Source: Negaprion brevirostris (lineage: Eukaryota). From it: a stretch of 64,000 bases of DNA. A model generated the notes under the pieces. That model ran no database searches, was not told where the DNA came from, and saw only the letters and a list, made by a program, of their open reading frames with translations. The position numbers and the translations under genes were made by a program. Numbering within the stretch: position 1 is the first letter of the stretch; every line of letters starts with the position of its first letter. This document shows, in pieces, positions 37,420 to 50,879 of the stretch. Where the stretch lies: contig JARDVH010000164.1 in assembly GCA_030324005.1 (NCBI GenBank), forward strand, positions 19,486,929 through 19,550,928. The letters run 5' to 3'.

Positions 37420-39020
37420 AAGTATGATGGATACACAGCAAACAATCCATTTCAAATGGGGTGTCTTCATTGCGGCGTGCCTTTGCTGATGGCTGAAGAG
37501 AAATCTCTTTGAGAGGCAGCTTCTACCACAAGGGCTACACATGAGGCTTATGAATATCATTGTAGGCTGTGGCACTTGCAGCCACTGTTCATTGTGATGA
37601 TGCATCAGGTGTCGCTATTTTTCGATTCTTTCAGCTAGTGGCTCCCAGGTGCGATAGTCAATGTTTGGGGCCTTCAGCTTACGCTTGAAAGCATCCTTGA
37701 AGTGGAGCTTTGGGCATCTCATGCTCATCTGGCTCCGACTTCCTCATCAGCAAGGCCTTGGATATGCAATGGTCTTCCAGCCTGCAGATATGCCCAAGCC
37801 AATAAAGCCTCCTTTTAGAATCATCGAACACCTACAGTGCAGAAGGAGGCCATTTGGCCCATCGAGTCCACAGTGACCACAATCNNNNNNNNNNNNNNNN
37901 NNNNNNNNNNNNNNNNNNNNNNNNNNNNNNNNNNNNNNNNNNNNNNNNNNNNNNNNNNNNNNNNNNNNNNNNNNNNNNNNNNNNTGACACTACGAGGCAA
38001 TTTAGCATGACCAATTAACTGAACCCACACATGGGGGAGGAAACTAGAGCCCCCGGAGGAAACCCATGCAGACACGGGAAGACACGAAAACTCCACACAG
38101 AGAGAGACCCAAGGCCGGGATTGAACCAGGTCCCTGGCACTGTGAGGCAGCAGTGCTAACCACTGTATCACCGTGCTGCCCGCATCTTCTTGATGACTGA
38201 TAACAAACCTGGGAAGCCCTGCCTTTGAGAGGACTGCCACATGTCCTGCCAGGAGATGTCCATAATGCACTGCAGATGGTGAAGATGGAAATCGTCGAGC
38301 TTCTTTTCCTGACAGGTGCCAGTCATCCATGTTTTCTAGCCACAGAACAAGGTGCTGAGAACACCATCAGCTGGGTCCTAAGAGTCAGCTTGGTGTTATT
38401 CATGTATGTATTGTGAGTCAGCCAAAGGTGGTATCTGCTTTATCCATGTGTGTATCAACTCCTATATCCAGGGTCAGATTGGCTGTCACTGTGGACCCAC
38501 GGATGTGCCAACAGGTGGGCTGCTGTTTAGTGCGATCTGATACAGACATGCAACTCCGTGTCCCTTGAGTACAGTCTTTTGGTGCTTATACCTAAGGAGA
38601 ACAGTTTGCAGATATGTGAGAGACAGTCGATTAGTCTTTGTAGCTGTGTTTCTGTGTAGGCGTGAGTACTATATCATCAGCATAGAGGACATCGCCGATC
38701 AGGATACAATGTGTTTTTGCTTTCAGTTTGTGTAGAATGCACAGATTGCTGTCTGACCCAGCGAGCAAGTAAATTCCTTCCATACCTGCAGGGAAGACAA
38801 AGGTCACAGGAACGCAGAAGAAGATGCCAAACAGAGTGAGGATTAGAACGTAGTCCCTGTATCCATTCTTCATGAAGTCCATTCCTCGCTCTGAAATGGT
38901 CAGATCTGGAGTCTTAAAACTGCACAGCACAGTGCACATCATCATGGAAGGTTCAAATGAGGTTGAAGGAGCTTTGGTGGACATCCAATTCTCCCCAAGA
39001 TCTTGCAGAGATGGTAATTA
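37420..39020 (-). mobile_element. RTE-clade LINE relic split by an HE1 SINE (37815-38182, minus)
   Basis: LTLFGIFF...GIYL...LKAKT...DVLYADD RT motifs in ORF 38631-38984. Confidence 0.8.
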
Positions 39021-39074
39021 AAAATAATACCTTGAGGAAATAATAGTATACTATATGTATTTATGACCAGTTTC

Positions 39075-39300
39075 TTATATTGCATGTTCTTGCCATGTGG
39101 GTTTCCTCCAGGTGCTCCGGTTTCCTCGTACAGTCCAAAGGTGTGTAGGTTAGGTGGCGTAGCCATGATGAATGCACAGGGATAGTGCGGGGGAGGCTGG
39201 GGGGTTGCCGGATAAGATGTTCTTTCTGAGAGTTGGTGCAGGCTCAATGGGCCAAATGGCCTCCTTCTGCACTGCAGGGATTCTATGGTTCTATGGTTCT
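39075..39300 (+). mobile_element. HE1 SINE, 5' truncated
   Basis: V-domain plus CR1 tail gggattctatggttctatggttct. Confidence 0.8.
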
Positions 39301-39499
39301 CTCAGCTGTCCCAGTAATGGAAGCTTGGAGTTGAAATCAGACACTTTTACTTGAGGGAGAGGCAAGGGCCCAAGAAGTCACACACAGTTCGCCAAATAAC
39401 AGCCACAAGCTCTAACAGCATGTATTCAAAGCCAGAAAGTAGTTACCTGCTTAAACCTTCGCTCCCATAGTGCGAAGACAATAATCTCTCCCTCAAAGT

Positions 39500-40200
39500 C
39501 AATGAAACAAAGGAGATAGTCATCGGCTTCAGAAAATGTAATGGAGAACATGCCCCTGTCTACATCAACAGGGATGAAGTAGAGATGACTGACAGTTTCA
39601 AGTTCTAGGTGCTCAGATCACCAGCAATCTGTCCTGGACCCTCAAAGGCTAACCGGTAGGCTAGTTAAGAAAGCCTACCAATGCCTCTACTTTCTCAGAA
39701 GGTTAAGGAAATTTGACATGTCCAATTTTTACAGATGCACCACAGAAAACATCCTTTCCGGATGTATCGCAGCTTGGTATGGTTCCTGCTCTGTCCAAGA
39801 CCACAAGAAATTACAAAGGGTCGTGAATGAAGCCCAGTCCACTACACAAACCAGCCTTGCATCCACTGACCCCATCTACACTTCCTGCTGTCTCGGGAAA
39901 GCAGCCAGCATAATCACGGGTATATTTTTTCTTCTGTTAGGAAAAAGATGCAAAAGTCTGAGATCATGTACCAAGAACATAGAACTCAAGAACAGCTTCT
40001 TTCCTGCTGTCTTCACATTTTTGAAAGACCCTATCATATATTAAGCAGATGTTTCTTTTCATCCCAGCTATAACTGTAACACTACATTCTGCACCCTATT
40101 CTTCACTGTTTACAGTGTGAACAGTATGTTTTGTCTGTATAGTGCACAAGATATAACACTTTTCACTGTATCCAAGTACATGTGACAATAATAAATCAAG
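39500..40200 (+). mobile_element. Rex1/Babar-type LINE 3' portion
   Basis: NFYRCTTENILSGCIAAWYGSCSVQDHKKLQRVV; tail tgtgacaataataaatcaa. Confidence 0.8.
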
Positions 40201-40688
40201 TTAAAAATGTTGAGTCAGTGCAGTGAGTAATCGCCTGCTCACCACAGACAACAGGGTCAGCCAGCGAGTGATGCTGACTCAGATCAGTGTAGAGTCCGGG
40301 AGTGGGTTAACCATCTGCCCTCTCAACTGGAGGTGGGGGGGCGGGGGGGTGGGGATCCAATAGGGGATTAAAAAATGAGAGACAAGTTCTCAAAATTAAC
40401 CTGGTTCTTTGCATATTTCCTATACTCTCAGTATTTTGGGCAGTAAATGGGCAGTGAAAACAGGAAAGGAAGATTTGTAAAGCAAAAATAATTTCTGGTG
40501 AAAAGGATCCGAGTTCTGAGGCTCAGTTATAAATAGTTTGTGATATTTGATTGAATTGTAGGGAATGTAAGACATTTGTCTTCACAATAGGCAGCAGCAC
40601 TTGTTGATTCATTACACAGTACATCAGTGCGTAGTTTGCTGAAAGCAGTAAGATAGAGGCAGTCAGGGAACCTGTTTGTCTACTCTTA

Positions 40689-40880
<192 letters not shown>

Positions 40881-41255
40881 NNNNNNNNNNNNNNNNNNNN
40901 NNNNNNNNNNNNNNNNNNNNNNNNNNNNNNNNNNNNNNNNNNNNNNNNNNNNNNNNNNNNNNNNNNNNNNNNNNNNNNNNCACATGGGGTATATCCTGGA
41001 TTATACTGCCTTAAACATCAATGCTTTGTGATTAATCCTTGCCCAGATTCCAGTGTCAATTTAATACTATGGATTGCACTCTCACCTCTTGAGTCAGAAC
41101 GGTGCGATCAAACCAGGATTGAAGAGTATTATTTGGTTAACTGTTTGCCTACTTTAGTTCACAGTATTGCAGGATTGTTACATTGTTGGACGTACTCCTT
41201 TCAGCTGAGGTGTGAAAGCAAATTGCCTCATCTGTTTGCTTAGGTGAAGTTCAGA

Positions 41256-41465
41256 AAGAAGTCTCACAACACCAGGTTAAAGTCCAGTAGGTTTATTTGG
41301 GATCACGAGCTTTCGGAGCACTGCTCCTTCATCAGGTGAGTGGAGTGGATGAAGGAGCAGCACTCTGAAAGCTTGTGATTCCAAATAAACCTGTTGGACT
41401 TTAACCTGGTGTTATGAGACTTCTTACTGTGCCCACCTTAGTCCAACGCCAGTATCTCCACATCA
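41256..41465. mobile_element. Penelope-associated palindrome (family 1) with hammerhead-like core
   Basis: 78-bp inverted arms at 41256-41333 and 41348-41425. The minus strand reads CTGATGAaggagcagtgctccGAAAgct. Confidence 0.8.
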
Positions 41466-41499
41466 TAGGTAAAGTTAGGATAGCAAGGCATGAGATTGG

Positions 41500-41835
41500 G
41501 CCACACAGTGGCACTGCGGTTAGCACCAGGGACCCAGGTTCGATTATGGCCTTGGGTGACTGTGTGGAGTTTGCATATTCTACCCATGTCTGCGTGGGGT
41601 TCCTTTGGTTGCTCTGGTTTCTTCTCACAATTCAAAAGTGTACAGGTTAGGTGAGCTGGCTATGCTAGTGTTCCAAGATGTGTAGGTTAGATAGATTAAC
41701 CATGGTAACTGTGTGAGGTTACGGGGATAGGGTGGGGGAAAGGGCCTGGGTTAGGTATTCTGTCAGAGAGAGTCATTGCAGACTCGATGGGCCAAATGGC
41801 TTCCTTCTGCATTGTAGCATTTCTATGATTCTATG
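41500..41835 (+). mobile_element. HE1 SINE
   Basis: Head, V-domain and CR1 tail. Confidence 0.85.
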
Positions 41836-41984
41836 ACTGGCCTTCAGACTTGGAGGGAAATGCGAGAGGCAAAACCACTACCTTGTTACCCTTCACCCGA
41901 TGTTCCATGGTTAAATAATTCATACTTGATGTAGAACAGGATTCCAATTTGCTATCACCCATTTCACACTAAACACCAGAAATA

Positions 41985-42290
41985 ATTTCATAGGATCCCT
42001 CCCTTGGAGGAGCCCATTTGGCCCATCAAGTCTGTACCCACCCAACTTTTTAGCATACCCTGGCCCCATCGCTGTAACCCCACATATGTACCCCACTAAT
42101 CCCTCTAACCTACACATTTGGGACACGAAGGGGCAATTTACCATGGCTAATCCACTTATCCTGCACATCTTTGGATTGTGGGAGGAAACCGGAGCACCTG
42201 GATGAAATCCACGCAGGCACGGGGAGAACATGCAAACTCCACACAGTCATTGAACTCAAGTCCCTGGCGCTGTAGGCAGTAGTGCTACTC
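41985..42290 (-). mobile_element. HE1 SINE
   Basis: Antisense copy, inverted relative to the copy at 41500. Confidence 0.85.
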
Positions 42291-42954
42291 ATTCCCAACT
42301 TTTTGGTGAGGGGGACAGAGTTCTCCAGTCAGCCTGACCAACATTCATCTTCTGGCAACATTGCAATCTTTTTACAAAGCCTCATCTTGTGCAATTTGCA
42401 TGTCAGGTCTGCCTATAGAATAGTGATTTCACTTAAAAAGAATCAGGTCATGTGAAACATAGTGTCACGTTCAGTGGGCATGAAAGGGAATGATAAAAAT
42501 CAAAGTATGTTCTTTCCATCAATGGTTCATTTCGTTCCATTTTGAGGTACTCTAGACTGGGGTTCCCACATTTGAGAGAGCAAAGCTGGTCAGCAGGTCA
42601 GAAGCAGAGCGATAGAAATTGCCCACATATCTCTGTAACCGTAATGCACATCATGCACTTTGTTGGGTTACGCGGGACTTGGTGCAGGCAATGACTCTCA
42701 CTGAAAACAGGAGGTGATTTTACTGTAATATCACAATGGACTGATGAAGGACATTCTATGGCAGCCTAAAGAATTTCCTAGGCTCTATTTCAGAAAACAG
42801 GTATTACTGGTTTCTGTGTTGAAAGCATTTCAAGATTTTTTAATGTTTCTTAGCCTGTATTTTAGGTGAATCTGGAGTTTTTTTTATGACTGATTTTGGC
42901 CTCTTGATAAGTTAGAAATAGTTTCTGCCACATAGTTTGACAGTGCAGTTTTTA

Positions 42955-43745
42955 GTTGTTTGCACTGGGCTGACAAGTGGCAAGTAACATTCACAGCACA
43001 CAAGTGCCAGGCAATGACCATCTTTGATAAGAGAGAATCGAACCATCTCTCCTTGACATACGACAGCATCACCATCACTAAATCCCACACTATCAATACA
43101 ATATCCAGGGACTTACCATTGACCAGAAATTTAATCAAACCAGCCATATAAATATTGTGACTACAGGAACAGGGCAGAAGCTAGGAAATCTGTCACGAGT
43201 AACTCACATCCTGACTCCCCAAAGCCTGTCCACCATCTACAAAGCACATTGCAGGAGTGTGGTGGAATATTTTCTCCTTGTGTGGGAGTGTGCAGATCTA
43301 TCAATTCAAGAAGCTTGACACCATCCAGGACAAAGCAGCCCATTTGATTGAAACCCCATCCACCATGTTCAATATACACGCCTTCTGCCATTGATGCATA
43401 GTAGCAGCAGTGTGTACCATCTAAAAGATGCACTGCAGCAATTCACCAATGCTCCTTCTACAGCACCTTCCAAACCCACAACCTCTACCACCAAGAGAAA
43501 CAACAGATGCATGGGAGAAAGCTCCCAGGTTCCTCTCCAAGTCACATGCCATCCTGACTTGGAACTATATCACTAACCTTTCACTGTCGCTAGGTCAAAA
43601 TCCAGGAGCCCCCTCCCTAACAATACCTCAGGTCTTCCTACAACAACATGGGCCGCAGCAGTTCCAAGTGGTGATTGACCATATATTCAATGAGAAATGG
43701 GTGACAAATACTGGCCTTGCCACTAATCCCCAGCATCCCATGACA
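42955..43745 (+). mobile_element. LINE 3' end (CR1/L2 group; continues the 26635 family)
   Basis: WADKWQVTFTAHKCQAMTI, LSTIYKA..RSVVEY, and a 3' UTR. Confidence 0.85.
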
Positions 43746-43804
43746 AAGACAATTTTAAAAAGTATCTATTTTTAACCATGAGGATCTCCATGGTAATCCT
43801 CTTC

Positions 43805-44102
43805 AAGTTTATTTATTTATTTATCAGTGTCACAAGTTGGCTTACATGAATTAACACTGCAATGAAGTTACTGTGAAAATCCCCCAGTCGCCACACTCTG
43901 GTGCCTGTTTGGGTACACTGAGGGAGAATTTTGCACGGCCAATGCACCCTAACCAGCACACCTTTCAGACTGTGGGAGGAAACCGGAGCACCTGAAGGAA
44001 ACCCATGCAGACATGGGGAGAACGTGCCAATGGCGACCCAAGCTGGGAATTGAACTGGGGTCGCTGGCGCTGTGAGGCAGCAGTGCTAACCACTGTGCTG
44101 CC
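43805..44102 (-). mobile_element. HE1-head SINE, alternative-tail subfamily
   Basis: Antisense copy ending in an (aaat)n tail. Confidence 0.85.
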
Positions 44103-45864
44103 CTTTTATTTTGAAAGAAAGAAAAAGAGGAATAAAAAAACATGTGGTTTCACTGGAGGAGAATGTTGCACAATCATCATCTTCTAATTCCCCACATAGA
44201 CAAGCTAACTCCGTTTGAAAGGAAGTATGATACACCAGGGAAACAGGGATAAGAATTGTGTCACATGCTGGAATCTGACCTCAAGCTAAACACCACCATT
44301 TACACAGAATTGAGTGTCTTTGAAGGTTACTTCTGCTTTAAACCTTTATGCCCCAGGCTCCTTCCAAGCTGTATTTCCATTAACTGCAAGGGTTTTCAAT
44401 CTTTAAGTGTGACCATCAGCACTGCTCTCTTCCCAAGCAGCTGCCCTGATTGGTTTAACCACCACCTCTCCACTTATTCATCCCACAAAGAAATCTTGGC
44501 TCCTTGGAGACTGCATGGCCCTGGATGTCAATAGCTCCATGGGAGTGAGTTCCATCTACTAAGACACAAACAACAGGAATACACGTTGTTTATTGTTACT
44601 GGAAAAGTCACAGAAGTATAGTAAACACCATGCACCATGCCCAAAGCTCTGTCACGTCTACCTGGCAATGACCATGAGAAACCAGTTGCATAGGCTTCAG
44701 ATCAACAGGGAGCTGCTGGCAGACTGTGTTACCTGCTTCAACAATACCTGCAGCTAACCTGCACCAGCGGCTCAGCACTGCGAGGGGCAATCGTGGTCAA
44801 CAGACTTCCCCTCCACCATCCAGCGCGCCGTGCTTCACTCTTCTGGGAAAGGTGGATGCGACGGCCAACATGCCAACACGTGAATAAGGAACAGTAGGCC
44901 ATTCAGCCCCTCGAGTCTGCTCTGATATCCAATAAGGTCATGGCTGATCTGACTATGGCCTCAAACAGAACAATCTTCCTTTCAATCATCTGAGGCAGCA
45001 GTAACACACTCCGCCTCACCAGCCCTCAAANNNNNNNNNNNNNNNNNNNNNNNNNNNNNNNNNNNNNNNNNNNNNNNNNNNNNNNNNNNNNNNNNNNNNN
45101 NNNNNNNNNNNNNNNNNNNNNNNNNNNNNNNNNNNNNNNNNNNNNNNNNNNNNNNNNNNNNNNNNNNNNNNNNNNNNNNNNNNNNNNNNNNNNNNNNNNN
45201 NNNNNNNNNNNNNNNNNNNNNNNNNNNNNNNNNNNNNNNNNNNNNNNNNNNNNNNNNNNNNNNNNNNNNNNNNNNNNNNNNNNNNNNNNNNAGGCATTTT
45301 CTTGAAGCACTGCACTCCCTGATTAGATTGTCAGCCAATGGTTTCTATTCTGATCAGGAAAAATAATTACAATAACAAGGGCGGGGAGGGTTTAAAATTA
45401 AATGTTGACCAATATTAATCTCATTCTTCAAAAATTTTTGAAAGGAGAAAAGATTGTGAATCATAGGTTTAACTTGAAAAATTCACGTGCTAATGAGAAT
45501 TACATTTTGATTATTGAATAATGGGGTATGTAATAGCTAACAGAAAAAGACTGTGACACTGTGTCTTAGTACAATAAGCATATTGTTGAGAGACCTTGGC
45601 TCAGATCCTGCTCACAAGCAAAGAACAAAGTCAGAACTCTCTCCAATGTTATAGTGACAGGTGCACTGAGTGGGAACAGTATTACAGTTCTGAAAATCCA
45701 CAGTCCAAACTTGCATCAACATATGACATCAATCTGCCAAGCTGGATTTGAAAAACCATGCGCACAGGCAGTGGAAGCCAAGTGATGTGTCACACCAAAA
45801 CATTTTCTAAGGGTGCAGTTGAGGCAATCTCTGACAACAGTATGCAGAAACTTTGTTTTCAGTT

Positions 45865-46300
45865 TTCAATTCAGGCCTTGGGTGACTGTCTGTGTGGAGT
45901 TTACATGTACCCCCAGAGCTGTCCTCCGGGTGTCCCACAGCCCAAGGATGTGCAGGTTAGTTGTTTAGCTAAATTGCCCCTTAATATCCAAAGATGAGCA
46001 GGCTGGGTGGATTGACCATACTAAATTACCCCTTAGGGTCCAAAGATGAGCAGGCTAGGTGGATTGACCATACTAAATTACCCCTTAGTGTCCAAAGATG
46101 AGCAGGCTAGGTGGATTGGTCATGCTAAGTTGCCACTTAGTGCCCCAAGATGTGTAGGTTAAGTGATTGGCCATGACAAATGTGCGGGCTTACAGAGACA
46201 GGGCGGAGAAAAAGGTCTGGGTGAGATTCTCTTTCTGAAAGTTGGTGCAGACTCAATGGGGGGAATGGCTTCTTTCTGCACTGAAAGAAATTCTATGAAT
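45865..46300 (+). mobile_element. HE1 SINE with internal tandem expansion
   Basis: HE1 body and tail surrounding a 52-bp array. Confidence 0.85.
45942..46175 (+). repeat. 52-bp tandem repeat, about 4.5 copies
   Basis: Unit ccaaagatgagcaggctaggtggattgaccatactaaattaccccttagtgt starts at 45988, 46040, 46092 and about 46144. Confidence 0.9.
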
Positions 46301-46457
46301 TTACAGTCATCATATGATTCATTTCCAACTCTTCCCATTCTTTCCTTGACATTTCTATCTCCATTTCTGGGGATTTGCTGCCAAGCCAATATCTATTGTA
46401 AGCCCACAGACTCCCACATTGTCTCTTGGCCTGAGCTGTGCTGATGTGTAAAGAAAT

Positions 46458-46610
46458 GATGTGGAGATGCCGGTGTTTGACTAGGGTGAGCACAGTAATA
46501 AGTTTCGCAACACCAGGTTAAAGTCCAACAGGTTTATTTGGCAGCAAAGCCACAGTGCTTCGTTACCAAATAAATCTGTTGGACTTTAACCTGTGAGACT
46601 TGTTACTGTG
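46458..46610. mobile_element. Penelope-associated palindrome (family 1), centre deleted
   Basis: caggttaaagtccaacaggtttatttgg / ccaaataaatctgttggactttaacctg. Confidence 0.75.
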
Positions 46611-47379
46611 TAAAGAAATAGCATAAAAGGCCAGGTGCTTCTGAACACAGAGGCAGGCAAAATCGAAAAGGAAGTTATCCAGGGTCACTCTTGCACATTT
46701 TTCTACCAATAGGAAGAGATTGCCATGCCTGGAGGTCAGGCATCTGTCAGAATATTGTGTGATTCGTTAAACTATAAAGGCAAAGAGAGAAAAGAAAAAC
46801 AAAATGATAAACTTACAACAATAAAATAAGGAGCCTAATTAATCTGCACTTCAAATGTATTTTTGTACCAATATATAATCTTGTGAGCAATTTATAATTC
46901 ATTCTTGGGATGTAGATATTGTTGGCAAGGCCAGCAGTTACATCCCATCTCCAGCGCCCCTGGGCTTTCTATCTTTCGTTGGGTTTGTTCAACGAACTAG
47001 GTGGTCACGACTCCTCAAAAGCCAGTTAAAGAGTCAACCATGTTGGCAAGTCGTATAAAGGCCAGACAAAGGACATTAATGAACACGTTGGGTTTTGATG
47101 ACAATCCAATAGTTTCATACTCACTTTACCAACAACAGCTTTTTAAAATGTAAAATAACTTTTCAAAATGGCATTTAAATTCTTTAACAAGTGCGATTTG
47201 AAAGGAAATTCTCCAGATTATCAATCTAGGTCCCTGGACAGAACCACTCACTACTTTATCATGTCTGTTCATTTTTGAACCTTGCACAAATCTGATGTCT
47301 GGAAACTGTCTGCGTCCATTCAACCTGTGAATAGTGATGGATGTCGACACACATCGGCACACAGCGCTGAGTGTATTTC

Positions 47380-48375
47380 CTTAAAATTACTCAATGCTGA
47401 ACTGGAGCAACTGTAGCAATATTGTCAGAACAGAGGAAGTAGCTCACCTCCTGAATCCTTAACACCTCTACACCATCTGCAAGGCTAAATAAAGTCAGGA
47501 GTGGGACGAAATATTTACCACTCACCTGAATGGGTTCAATCACAGAAGCATGACATCATCCAAGATGGAGCAGTTTACTTAATCAGTGCTCTTGTCACTG
47601 GGGTCAGGATCCACTCTCTCCACTGGTGCACTGTATAACCTACATGGTGTACCAAAGTGCTTTGCTAGATTATTTGACAGCACATTCATCCTCTGTGGAC
47701 TCCTGCCAACATCGGAACAACATCCCCGCCAGGCTCCACTCCAAGTTGCACAGAATTTAGTTCAGGCCCCAGAGATTTGCCCCCTGACTGGACAGCCTGA
47801 TCCCTGTGACTTCTTCATTCAGAAAGGCTCACCTGAACTGAGACCCCAGGCCAGGGAGCACGCACCCTCAGCCAGTCACAGGACAGCAGCTCTCCTTTAT
47901 AGTCAATGGCAGCAGCTGACGATGCACCCAGCTACAACCCAGGATCAACAGGGAACCCAAGGTCAAAGGCGAGGGGGAGCAGGAAGGGGGTTGGAGGGGC
48001 CAGGGTGGAAGGGGGTTGGATGCAGGGATGAGGGAGGTGACTTTCAGTGGGTCGTAAGAACATAAGAAACAGCACCAGCCAAACCCACAACCACTCCCAT
48101 TTAGAAGGATAAGAGTNNNNNNNNNNNNNNNNNNNNNNNNNNNNNNNNNNNNNNNNNNNNNNNNNNNNNNNNNNNNNNNNNNNNNNTCGCTGGTCCTTCG
48201 CCGTCACTGGGTCAAAATTCTGAATTTCCTCCCTAATAGCACTGTGGGTGTGCCTACACCTCAGGGACTGCAACGTTTCAAGAAGGCAGCTCACCACCTC
48301 CTTCAGAAGGGCAACTAGGGATGGGCAATAAATGCTGGCCTAGCCAGCAATGCCCACATCCTATAAATGAATGAA
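47380..48375 (+). mobile_element. Degenerate LINE 3' fragments (42955 family)
   Basis: Shares caccatctgcaaggc...gtcaggagtg and the tail gggcaactagggatgggcaataaatgctggcctagccagc. Confidence 0.6.
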
Positions 48376-48384
48376 AAGAAAAGA

Positions 48385-50115
48385 AAAATCCTCAGGATCA
48401 GATGAGCCTTCATCCCAGAGCATTGAAACAGTGGATGCATTGGGTGGATATCTTTCAAAATTCAATAGATTCTGGAAAGATTCCTCGTGGACTGGAAAGT
48501 AGCCAACGCAACTCTATTTCAGAAAGAGTGGAGAGAGAAAACAGGGGGAACTACGGACGTGTTAGTCTGACATCAGTAAAAAGGAAAATGCTAGAATCTA
48601 TGAAAAGAATGTGATAACTGGGCATTAGGGGAATAATAGTGGAATTGGCCAGAATCAATATAGATTTCTGAAAGGGAATTCATATTTGACAACCTTGTTG
48701 AAGTTTGTGGCAACACTACTTGCAGCTTTGATAAAGGAGAACCATTGGATGTAGTGCATTTGGATTTTTAGAAGACTTTTGATAAGATCCCACACGAGAG
48801 GTTATTAAATAAAATTAGAGTGTACGGGATGGGGGAAATGTATTAGTGTGGTCTGAGACTTGGTTAATGGACAGAAAGCAGACAGCAGGAATAAACATAC
48901 CAACCAGAATTTTACCAGCTCACCCGCCATGGAAATCAAAACGGGCAAAGGGAAGAGAATGGGAATGTCTGTTGACCTTGGGCGGGATTTTACGGTTTTG
49001 GGACGAACAAGGTCATAAAGTTCCATCCATCATTCTCAGGAAGGCAGGCTGTTACAAGCGGCAGGATCAGCGCCAGGCTCCCTGCTGTTCGCAATCTATA
49101 CAAATGATTTAGATGTAGGGATCATTTGTAATATTTCCAAATTTTCTGAAGATACCAAAGTAGGTGGGAATGTAAGCTGTGAGGAGGTTGGAAGGAGGCT
49201 TCAAGAGAACTTGGACAGGCTAAGTGAATGAGCTAGAACATGGCAGATGGATAATGTGAATGAGAGTGAAGTTATTCACTTTGGTAGAAGAAACAGAAAG
49301 ACAGAGGCTAGAATTTTATCACCGTTCATGCCAGCGGGATTTTTCAATCCCGCTGCAGTAAACGGAAATTTGGCTAGCTACCAAATTCTCCAACCTCGCT
49401 GCAGCAGGAGCGTGATGTGAACAGCCGATAAGATCGCACCCAGAACATTTCTTAAATGGCGAGATCTTGGGGACTGCAGTTGTTCAAATGGACCTGCATG
49501 TCATCAGTCACTAAAAGCTCGCATGCAGGGGCAGGAAGCAATTAGAAAGGCAAATGGTATGTTGACTTTCATCAGGAACGGATTTGAGTACTGGAGAAAA
49601 TGTCTTTTTGCAGTTGCATAGAACTTTGGTGGGACCTCACCTGGAATATTGTACATAGATTTGGTACCTAATCTAAGGAACGATATACTTGTCTTGGAGA
49701 AAGTGCAAAAGAGGTTCTCCAGATTAATCCCTTAGATGGCAGGATCGTTTAATGAGGAAAATGAGGCAACTGGGACAGTATTCCCCAGAGTTTTGTAGAA
49801 TGAAGGGCGACCTCATTGAAATTTTAAAAAGTTCAGGGTGACAGGGTGGATGTAGATAAGATGTTTCCCCTGGCTGGTGAGTCTAGAACCAGGGGACATA
49901 ATCTCAGGATAAAGGGCAGGTTATTTAATTCTGAGATGAGGAGGAATTTCATCACTCAGAGGGTGGTGAATCTTTAGAATTCTCTTTCCAAAAGGGCTGT
50001 GGATGATCAACCATTGAACATGTTCTAGACGGAAATTGACATATTTCTGGACATCAAGGGATATGGAGATAGTGCGGGAGAGTATCATCGAGGTAGATGA
50101 TCAACCATGATCTAA
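48385..50115 (+). mobile_element. CR1 LINE ORF2 (RT to 3' end), degenerate, with two MITE insertions
   Basis: GNYGRVSLTSV, DVVHLDF.KTFDKIPHERLLNKI, IYTNDLD, PHLEYC motifs; insertions at about 48900-49030 and 49306-49441. Confidence 0.9.
49306..49441. mobile_element. MITE with 3-bp target-site duplication (AGA)
   Basis: aga|ggctagaattttatc ... gataagatcgcaccc|aga, inside the CR1 element. Confidence 0.7.
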
Positions 50116-50879
50116 NNNNNNNNNNNNNNNNNNNNNNNNNNNNNNNNNNNNNNNNNNNNNNNNNNNNNNNNNNNNNNNNNNNNTTAAAAGAGTTTCATTT
50201 GTAACATAATAGAGATCTTTCATCGTAAGAATCAGCTATAGTGATATATAGGGGAGGAAAATGGAACCAAAATAAACTGAAAAAGAAGCAAAGAAATCTG
50301 ATGTAGGAGAAAGGAAGTGATAAATAAAATATTATAGCACAGGTTAAATATTTCTTCTGTTTACTAAAACAGTTGTTTTTTAGGAGATGGTGATCCTTGA
50401 ACCACTACAGCACTCTCTCCATTCATGGGGAATGGACATCACTGGCAGGGTCCTCATTAATATCCCATCCCTAATTCCTCTTGGGTGGGTAATGCTGATC
50501 TGCCTTCTTCAACTGCTTCAGTCAGTGTGGTAAAGGTACACCCACAGAACTGTTAGGGAGGGAGGATCCCATATTCTGGCCCAGTGACAATGATAGAATG
50601 TCTTTCACACTATTTTAGATATGTTTCTGAGGTTACTTGAAGGCCTATTTGTGCGAGGCTACCTATGATTACCTCAACTTGCCAAATTGCTTTTTAAACT
50701 TTGAATCATGTTAAACTGACAATGTGACTATAGGAACTTGAAATCTAATTTAGCAATGTGATATTCTGCTATTTAAAGGATATCGAACTGCGTATCAGCA
50801 AACTAACTTCAGCGTACATTAAATGACTTCTCAGTTTCTAACATCGAGCATCAGTCAATTGATCATTCTATCTCGCCAA

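Noticed and set aside
45942-46175. CRISPR-like regular repeat
   Set aside because: Head-to-tail units without unique spacers, derived from a SINE, in a eukaryotic context.
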